Part shown: positions 54,773-64,000 of the stretch, one piece after another
Layout: every line of letters begins with the position of its first letter
Position numbering within the stretch: position 1 is the first letter of the stretch
Assembly: GCF_006345805.1 (NCBI RefSeq)
Contig: NC_042998.1
Coordinates: forward strand, 102,424,001-102,488,000
Length of the DNA: 64,000 nucleotides
Source of the DNA: Octopus sinensis
Taxonomy: Eukaryota
Direction of reading: 5' to 3'
Translations under genes and position numbers: made by a program
Notes under the pieces: model-generated
What the model saw: only the letters and a program-made list of their open reading frames with translations
Database searches by the model: none
Told to the model about the DNA's origin: nothing

Positions 54773-56248
54773 CGTTCCAAACTTTTATATGATTTTTTTT
54801 CCTATGAATGCATATGAGTTTAACGTAATGAATGGTTCCAAGCATTATGGACAAACTGAAATATTGTCAACGCGTATTAAATATACTGTATAAAATCGAC
54901 AACTTGCAAGTGTAATAACAATGTAAATCAATCATAGTGTAGCAGTGAATAAAGACAAAATCCGTCAAAAACTAGAAATCTTGTGTTGTAAATCACTACA
55001 GCTGAAATAGTTAAGTTACATATTTGTATGTTTCAGAAACTTGATGATACACACGGGGCAGCATTTCTTAAATTCATTAAAGGAAATTACAGTTACTGTA
55101 TTGCCTGTAATGCCATTACATAGCAATTTTATCGCGCAGTAATTTCACCTGAAGCCAATATTTCCTAAGTCGGTCATTTTTGACATAGAAAGTGAAAATA
55201 TATTTTCACGATTCCAGTGATATGATATTTGATTCTCTAATTTTGAATTATTCTGTTGCGACCTAGGGTTACGCTCAACGACAAACAATTCCTGTGAAGT
55301 TTGTTATCGTTCAATCTGCCAATTGATCATAGCAATTCATTCTATGAATTGGAATTTTTCAGAAACTTTGAAATAAAAAAGGATGTTCAAGAAATAAGGT
55401 AAGAGTTGAATTGGGCAGCTTATTCACATCAGGAAAAGGAATACAAATATAGTGAATCAGAATTGGATGTATCTACAATGAATATAACATTACCAGCGTA
55501 CAGATTTATTTATGAGGAAATTCTCGTAATTTATCTTCGAGGAACATTTCTTATTTCCGAAAATTGAAAACGCTTTTATTCTTTAACTGAATTTTAGCAA
55601 ATTTGCTTCAAAATAATTATTCATTTTTTTCATGTATACATTGAATAAATTTTATATGACTAACTTAATTTTCTTTGAATTTGTTTTCCATTATAAAGAA
55701 GTGAGATTAAATACGTTAAACAACATTTTGCCAGTTATTTATTTTCCGTGATACAAAAAAGGATATGCAATTACCGCCAAAATATTTTACATAACTTTAA
55801 ATTTACAGATAATATATAGCCTCTGGATATGATTCAATAAAATCACTGAGTAATGAATTAATGAAATTAATGGCGTTGCATTTACTCAGATGAAATTATA
55901 GCTCTCACTCTACCGATTAATATATTTAATATACATACGTACCGACGAGTACAATTTGACAATTCCGATTTTCTATTATGACAATCTGTGTCCTGTGTGG
56001 AACAGATTTTATAGCAACCTGAAAAATAAAAAAAACATTACTCCATTTTAACATCTAATCTCCTCCATTTACATAAATATGAATCAGTTTTTTGAAATGT
56101 TAAATCATATATTGTATATTTCTACATAAGTTTCAATATCTAAATTATTTAACCCTGGTAAATGCAAAATAAAGTTTGAAGAAACAACGTTAGAAATCTT
56201 TGGAAATTACTCCAGTAACAGAACGAAATCGCATTCAACATTTTTTAG

Positions 56249-56338
<90 letters not shown>

Positions 56339-56375
56339 CATATATATATACATATATAAGTATATGTCTATACAC

Positions 56376-56415
<40 letters not shown>

Positions 56416-56700
56416 TAATAAATAAAATATATGCATACATACATACATATATGTATGTACCTACATCTACATGTATATATACATGCATATATAAATATAT
56501 ATACGTGAGTACAGGACACCACAATTAGACATAGAACTAAACGAGAAACGAAAAACGAAAACGAAAAAGTAAAAACAAGCAGGGAACGGACCATTTTTTA
56601 AACAACGAAAAAACAGGGTACAAGACAAACTACACAGGAAAAATCCCCTTCATCAGCTGTCCCTAGTTCAACTCCAGCGCGTTTCGAAGGTAGGACAGGA

Positions 56701-56802
56701 CTGCGAATGAATTAAATAAAAATCCTTCGCAGAGGGGGAAAAATTTTTTTTTCCTTGTTTTTGCCCCTCTGCGAAGGATTTTTATTTAATTCATTGTCGC
56801 AG
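56701..56802. repeat. Inverted repeat with a perfect 32-bp core
   Basis: 56706-56737 is the exact reverse complement of 56764-56795; 26-nt spacer. Confidence 0.9.
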
Positions 56803-56849
56803 GTGAGTTGGTCGATGCAGGAGGGAAGAGTGAGAGAAAGTTATGGCGA

Positions 56850-56957
56850 AACAGTCAGCGTGGTGTGTAGTTGTTTCGCTCATAAACACGTATATCACCC
56901 GGTGTCTGAGATTCGAATCCATGACGGCGTGTTCGCTGCTCTAACCGCTAGGTCATG
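56850..56957 (-). mobile_element. tRNA-derived SINE head
   Basis: Minus strand atgacctagcggttagagcagcg...ggattcgaatctc (A and B boxes). Confidence 0.55.
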
Positions 56958-56966
56958 TTCGTCCAC

Positions 56967-56997
<31 letters not shown>

Positions 56998-57051
56998 TTC
57001 GTTTTTGGATTTGGTTTGCAAGATTCTTTATGTGAGTTCATGTGTTGATGC

Positions 57052-57431
<380 letters not shown>

Positions 57432-57468
57432 TATACATATATATATATATACATATATTATATATACA

Positions 57469-57545
<77 letters not shown>

Positions 57546-57564
57546 ATATATATACATATTTACA

Positions 57565-57730
57565 TATATATAATAAAAGATGGGACAACAAAACATCCAG
57601 ATAGACGATACAAAGAAAACAAGGACGGGTCATTCGAAGTTTTCTTTCCTCAATCAGGTACCAGATTATCTTCGCAATTTCGGCTGATTATACTTGAGAT
57701 TGCTCCAATCTGGCCAGCCCCAAGAAAAGA
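57565..57730 (-). repeat. Diverged relative of the 4438/5152 repeat
   Basis: gcaatttcggctga...ttgctccaatctggccagccccaagaaaa matches the reverse complement of 4648-4707. Confidence 0.7.
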
Positions 57731-57924
57731 CAGGCTTGGCCGAACTTGGGAAAAGAAGAGAGAGAAATGGAAGCAGAGGAACAGAAGGATTAAGGTGGTG
57801 CGAGAAGCAATGACAGGGAGACAGTGAAGTGAAAAGTGGAGGGAAAGTGAGCAAGAAGATATATATATCTATATATATATATATATATGTACACACACGC
57901 ACACACACACACACACACACACAT

Positions 57925-57961
<37 letters not shown>

Positions 57962-57972
57962 TACTCACACAT

Positions 57973-58019
<47 letters not shown>

Positions 58020-58021
<2 letters not shown>

Positions 58022-58307
58022 GACCCCCTTCCGTCATGAATGACCATGGGATTGCACCTAGAAAGTTACCCTCCGAGGCACAAGTCCATACATACCAGCC
58101 TTTTCTCTCTCTCCACGTCACCAATGTTTTTCCAAGGGAAAGGCAAAGACTGACGCAGCTTGGCACCCGTGACGTCGCAACTCTTTTCTACAGCTGAGTG
58201 TACTGGAGCAACGTGAAATAAAGTGTCTTGCTCAAGGACACAACACGCAGCCCGGTCCGAGAATCGAACTCACAAACTCACGGTCGTATGCTCGACGCTC
58301 TAACCAC
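58020..58307 (-). mobile_element. tRNA-derived SINE, second family
   Basis: Minus strand gtggttagagcgtcg...gagttcgattctcggaccgggctgcgtgttgtgtccttgagcaagacacttt; central motif typical of V/Deu/Meta-type SINEs. Confidence 0.8.
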
Positions 58308-59974
58308 GTCCTCGCATCAAGAAAATATTCAGCAAAACTTTAAAGTAAAATGTATATTTAAGTGCCGGACGGGTGGCTCTTTTTTGGCAATGTAACCTGA
58401 ATCGATAATAAAATGCTACGTTTGTAGCAACCTTGAAAAATATCATTGAACGTGAATAAACTATTCCCTTTATTGAGTGGTTGTTATATTTCTGTTTCAG
58501 AAATATGCATCGTGATGTAAAGTAGTATTTTTCAAGCATAATTCAAACAAAAATAGTCCAACGTAGAATTTGCTCACATTTATAATTATAAAGACAAACG
58601 ATCATTCATGGAATGTAGTTTTAGCTACTTCCTGTTTAAAGGTGCAGTACAAAAACAGCATAAAGTAATGTAGCTTAACGTCTGTAACTGAATTTTGAAT
58701 TTTCATTCCCTCATTATTGTGGAGAGATTATGGCTCAAACTTAAGTAGCTGAATTATTGCTTGAACAACGAGATATAATCTAGACAAACCTAATGCTGTG
58801 CAAGTCTTTATAGATATGTGATTTCTGGGAGATAATTCCGTTAAAATTTAAGCCCCTGTTGGTCAGTGACTGTCATCTGGGCCAAGGCAAAACCATGTGA
58901 TCTGTGTCTATGCAATATCTCAATGTATTATTTCATGTAATATTAAACATTACAAACCAGCATGAAATTATCCAATAAAGTCACAATGGAAATGGTACAA
59001 GAACTAAGGAAATCCTAACTGCAGAGAAACATCGACTTCATAAAATACACGTCTTAGATTGTAAATTAGAGCATATTTCACAGGAAAGATAGTACGTCAC
59101 CGCATCGTCAAATAGTTAATTTTGTGCTTTGGTGTAAGGGATATTGTCCTTGTGAAAGGGTTTAAATATTTGTTACCACCAAATATGAATTCCTAATTCA
59201 TGTAATACTAGAAATTCCATTGAAAGGGCATACAGATCTTCGTTCAACAATTTAATCTCAGAAGTTTAAATATTTCTAACATTATATTGTTCTGAAAATG
59301 CGGAGAAGTTAGGAAAATATGCTTAATAAAAATATTAACCACCAGCAAATCGAAAATATCCCGCTGAGAATACAATACTGAAAAAATTGAAGCGAACTAC
59401 TCCCTAATTTTGAAATCAGTTTGATTAAAATCTATGAAATTTCGTGTTACTGAAATATTTCCAGTAATGTAACTTAGATAACATTATAGGTTTCGGCAAT
59501 GTAAATAAAAGAATTTAAAACATTCTTGTACAATATCACAGGAGACAAATGCACATTAATATCCCAAAGTTAGCTAGTATAGTTTTATGTCTGGCTAAGT
59601 ATCAGTACTACATGTTATTAGAACATGGTATAAGTATCATTTTAGGTCAGCTAACAAGTAGACCGATTATTGTTGCTAACATTGAATTAGGTAAAAATTG
59701 GTAAATTCAAAAATTTTACACCGGTTTATCATTACGGAATAACATCATGTCGTTAATCAATTGGGTTAATGACATGGAGATTAAACATTATAGCGGATTT
59801 ATTCAATTTAGTAAAGTGCAGTTTTATCATTCTATCAAAAACTATTACAATCAAAACATTTAGCGCTTGCTGGTTCATTCTTCGACATCAATTATATCGT
59901 TATTAATATTGCACTTAAGTGATTTATTTTCCCTTTATAATGATGCTGGGGCTGAACAGGATTGTGATAATCTA

Positions 59975-61160
59975 TCAGGTTGTTCCGAAAATAATGGTCG
60001 CTCTAAGTTTTGTGTTTGTATTTTAGACATAAAACATTCTTGATGCGTAGGTGCCCTTAAATATGAACATGACAGAAAAGAACCTTCGCTTACTTTTGTT
60101 GCATGAGTTCAAGTTTGGGCACAATTCCTCCGGAATTGCTGCCAATATCAACAGATCTTTGGGAGAGGGGTCCACAAGTGATCGCATAGTACAAAGGGGA
60201 CTTTAGAAATTCCGTAGTGGTGATGACAGCCTTGAAGATGAAGAAAATAGAAGACGGTCATGAGGTCTTTACAATGAACAATTGAAAGCAATAGTTGAAA
60301 AAAGCCCACATCGAAGTGTCCGAGAAATGCCTCAAGCACTAGGTGTCGGTATTGCAACAGTCTCAGGCAACCTGCAGAAGATTGGTAAGGTGGGAAACCT
60401 CGATAATTGGGTACTGCTTGAGCTCAATGGAAATCAAAACGTTCGGCGCTTTGAAGTGTGTTCGATGCTCATTTTTCGAAATAACAATGATCCTTTTGTT
60501 GACGGAAAGTGGATACTTGTGACAAAAAGTGGATACTTTATGATAACTGTAAACGATCAGCTCAATGGCTTGATGGTGATGAGTCTCCCAAACATTTCCC
60601 AAAGCCAAAGTCGCAATAGCAAAAGATTTTGGTGACTGTCTGTTGGGCTATAATTGGTATTGTCCATTACATCCTTCTGGAAGCCAATCAGAGCATTACA
60701 GCAGAAGATTACTGTAATTAACTCGCTGAAATGCATACTTACTTGCAAAAAGATGAGAGCTGCATTGGTGAATCAGCGTGGCCCAATTCTGCTCTATGAT
60801 AATAAAATACCACATGTTTCAAGTATGACGCTGCAGAATGTCACAAACTTGGGATACAAGACTTTATCACATCCTTCATATTCTCCTGACCTTTCATCCA
60901 CTGACTACCATTTTTAAAGCATTTAAAAACATTTTTAAGTGATAAAACTTTCAGGTCCAAAGCAGAGGTGGAATCAGCTTTCAAAGATTACTTCATATCA
61001 AAATGTTTTTATCAACGAGACATAATTAATCTCGTTGTTTGATGGCAGAGATGCAGAGATGTTTACGGTCTATACTTTGACTAATCAATACATTTCTATC
61101 GTTAATTTTTCCAGAATAAAACTGTTTCTGAAATCGGCCATTATTTTCGGAACAACCTAA
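59975..61160 (+). mobile_element. Full-length decayed mariner (DD34D) transposon
   Basis: TIRs tcaggttgttccgaaaataatggtcg / cggccattattttcggaacaacctaa, with TA on both sides (59973-59974, 61161-61162). Confidence 0.92.
60063..61083 (+). pseudogene. Mariner transposase pseudogene
   Basis: LLLLHEFK.GH, KFRSGDDSLEDE, WVLLEL, ILLYDN..PH, HPSYSPDLSSTDYHF; multiple stops and frameshifts. Confidence 0.92.
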
Positions 61161-61244
61161 TACGTTATGTTGCTATATGATAAGGTAGCGAAATTTAATG
61201 AAGAAAATAAATACATTTATATAATGAATTCTTTATCAAATTGC

Positions 61245-61278
<34 letters not shown>

Positions 61279-61314
61279 ATATACAAATACACACTTACAC
61301 ATATGTGTGTGTGT

Positions 61315-61362
<48 letters not shown>

Positions 61363-61409
61363 CGTCTGTGTGTTTGTGAGTATGTGCATGTTTGTGTATG
61401 TGTGTCTCC

Positions 61410-61580
61410 CCACCACTGCTTGACAACCTGTCACTTCGCGAATCGACGAAAGAGACTGAAAGAATAAGTACCAGACTTTACAAAAAGTAATAATAAGTAC
61501 TGGGATCGATTCCTTCAAGCAAACTTTCTTCAAGGCGCTGACCTAGCATGTGCGTGGTCAAATGCCTGAAATATGTAAAG
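61410..61580 (+). mobile_element. SINE-like fragment
   Basis: gaaagagactgaaagaataagtaccag...aagtactgggatcgatt, sharing the aagtacc/tactggg-tcgat core with the other SINEs. Confidence 0.55.
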
Positions 61581-62944
61581 CATGAGACATATAAAATTTA
61601 TAAATATAGAAAAAAAAGGAGTTGAAATGCGTTGAGAGTCTTTTAGAAGGTTTATTTTGCATTTGGTTTCACAGGTTTGTTTGACTTTGGAAAGTTAAGA
61701 TAGAAAGACGGGAGCCTATGCTGCAACTGTCTTGTTTCTGACTGGAGTTCGAAAATACTCTTGTTTTCATAGCGAGAACATGACTCAAAGTAGTATCTGT
61801 CTGGCAGAGAGTGATTAAGTGACAAGGTTGAGGAATTTTGATACGTTTCTTGCTGCGTCAACACGGTTGAGTGAACGTCTCTAGTGAATGTCCAAAAACA
61901 AAGCTCTTTGAAGTTTATTTGTCAAATGTGGTAGATGATCAAATGATTACGCTTTGAACTCATTTTAAGTATCACGCGGCATCCGACCGTTACTACGACA
62001 ATAATCTTAGCGCTGTAGATAAAGTTCAGAGACACTCCTTAGCAATTAAGGCTCTCTAAATTTTTCAAGTGGTAGAGTGAACAAGAGTTGTTTCTATTTG
62101 GCCAATAACTGAATGGTTATGATTTGTACGTATGGGCGTAGGCATAACATTTTGTTCTCCACTAAATTCGTGTGTTTATGTCATACGAAAAAAGGTTATG
62201 ATAGAACCCAGATTTGATGTTGTTAGCAGTATACATTCATTATGCCAAGTGGCAGAATATGTTCGTGCGTGAGTAGTTGTTACTGAATATACTTTGCTAA
62301 AGTTTATTCAGCCTTAGTTTGTATTTTGTGTGAATATATTTTCTTTGTTTATTTGTGCTTGGTCTGTGGTAGTGTCTGAACAAAGGTAAAGTGCAAACTA
62401 ATATTTGAAAATGTGCCTATGTTCCCATTCAGTGCGATCTATCTAATACTGCGGTCTGGTCTTTGCTATCTATCGCTAGTCTATTTCTGAGAGTAGGGTT
62501 TGTTTAATTTGTATAAACCTCGATACATTTTCTACATTTAATAAGATATCTTAACTTGTTGAACTAACAAAAAAGTATCAAACTTTAAAATCAAACCCAA
62601 TGCCAGTGCAAAGGAATGGAAAATTATACATGAACTCAAAAGAAATAATGGCATTATAATTAAAGACGCAAATACGAGAATTGATGAAAATTTTATTGAT
62701 AGTGTATACCACAAAAGACCTATATCACCTCTATTACAAGATATGATCTATACGACCTATTATGAAAAAAATCAAAGACGATGACAAAACTGAACACAGT
62801 CAACCACCGAGAAACTAAAAGGTTTAACAGAGAAAGCGATTAACTAAATAATTTTGAATGCCGAGAAACAGTGTGCCAAATGGAATCATTCTAGCTCTTC
62901 AAAAGCCAAGAAAACTGGCTAAAGCAAGTACATCGAGAAACTAA

Positions 62945-63464
62945 TGATCATTCTATTTTCGAAAGCAAGGGCGTCATTTACATTCACAGGGTTATCTCTG
63001 ACCAGCCCGTAAACAAAGAGTACTTCGTGTAGGTTATAAGGGAGTTCAGGAGGAAATTTCTTAGCAAAGAGCCAGTGCATCTGCACCACAACACTGCATT
63101 AGTCAACAATCTTGGTAATGAACTACCTGAGAGAGATGGTCATCAACACTGTTAACCACCCTCCCTACTGTTCAAATATTGCTTCCTGTCGCTTTTAGTT
63201 ACTCCCCAAGCTGACGGAGGGCCTCAGTAACAATCGTGTTGAAGACATGGAGAAGTTGAAGGAGGTTGTATCAAGATGGTTGGATGCCTTCCATTTGGAG
63301 GCCATCCACGGAGCCTTCATAAAGTGACTGGATCGCTACAACGAGTGAAATGAAGTCAAATGTTTTTACTTTGACAGAGAATAGTGTTCTGTGCTTCTTT
63401 CAAATTAAGAATTAAAAGTGTTTCTCTCGAAAAGTCTCAAAACATCTGGAGTGCCCCTTGTGTA
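62945..63464 (+). mobile_element. Second mariner remnant (C-terminal half plus right TIR)
   Basis: FFESKGVIYIH...VNKEYFV...HLHHNTA...NHPPYCSNIASC; ends aaacatctggagtgccccttgtgta. Confidence 0.75.
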
Positions 63465-64000
63465 TCTTACAAATGATACTTTTTATTCAAGCAATAAACT
63501 AATGTTCATCTATTTTATGGTATTTCAAACACTGCATTGTATAAATGAACTTTATATTAATACCCTTAAACTGTAAGATTCAAGGCATCACGATGCATAC
63601 CGAAATGTCAAATCATTCTTGTGGTACAAATAAATAGATTTAGATCAGCATAATGGACCATATTTTTTGTCAATAGATAGAAGAAAGATTACTGATCGCA
63701 TTACGAATACGAATACTAACGGCCAGTATATCTCCCGTGTCTACGAAAGGTATGCTGCAAGTATTTCAGAATTACTGCAAACTGTCGGCTATGAGTGAAG
63801 TCAGAGTGACAACATACGTGGGGATTTGTGGACGTCCGAAATGTATGCATTCAGTAAGAACGTATGCCATTATGCTTTCACGGTTTCCGATACTCAACTA
63901 GTTAGTTGATATCGGAAGCTTAACATCCAAATCAGGAATATACAAATAACTACTGGTAATTTTGAAATGAAAAATGGCATCGACTGGATATATGTTAAAC

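Noticed and set aside
56650-56690. GAAAC followed by CUGAUGA on the minus strand as a type-II hammerhead
   Set aside because: The 25 nt between the motifs cannot form stems III and I; the visible ctgtcc/ggacag helix has the wrong topology.
58230-58307. Functional tRNA genes (also 52055-52140, 56850-56957)
   Set aside because: A/B-box-like heads continue into SINE bodies and lack a complete cloverleaf.
61650-62900. Possible PLE remnants (IGQ motif near 62100 minus; ELKRNNGIIIKDA near 62630 plus)
   Set aside because: Isolated short motifs on opposite strands; insufficient for a call.

Overview
AT-rich, microsatellite-dense eukaryotic DNA, most likely octopus/cephalopod (inferred from the SINE types and repeat landscape, not database-confirmed). 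No host gene can be confidently supported; the window is almost entirely transposable-element remnants. 4.4-13.8 kb: a cluster of Penelope-like elements (PLEs) from several families, with minimal type-I hammerhead ribozyme motifs in their tails. 16.5-45.7 kb: about a dozen fragments of R4/Dong-type (restriction-like endonuclease, REL) LINEs, many bordered by (TAA)n tracts, plus five same-strand copies of a 556-bp non-coding element that occurs only inside (TAA)n tracts. Also present: a pogo-type transposase remnant, a 1-kb A/T-tract minisatellite, a long-TIR element carrying telomere-like (TAACCC)n, an 830-bp near-perfect tandem duplication, an internally deleted Helitron with both probable termini, a HERO-like LINE remnant, foldback hairpins at (TA)n tracts, a decayed full-length mariner and several tRNA-derived SINEs. 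Most ORFs in the supplied track are microsatellite translation artefacts. Boundaries were read by eye, so many are approximate.
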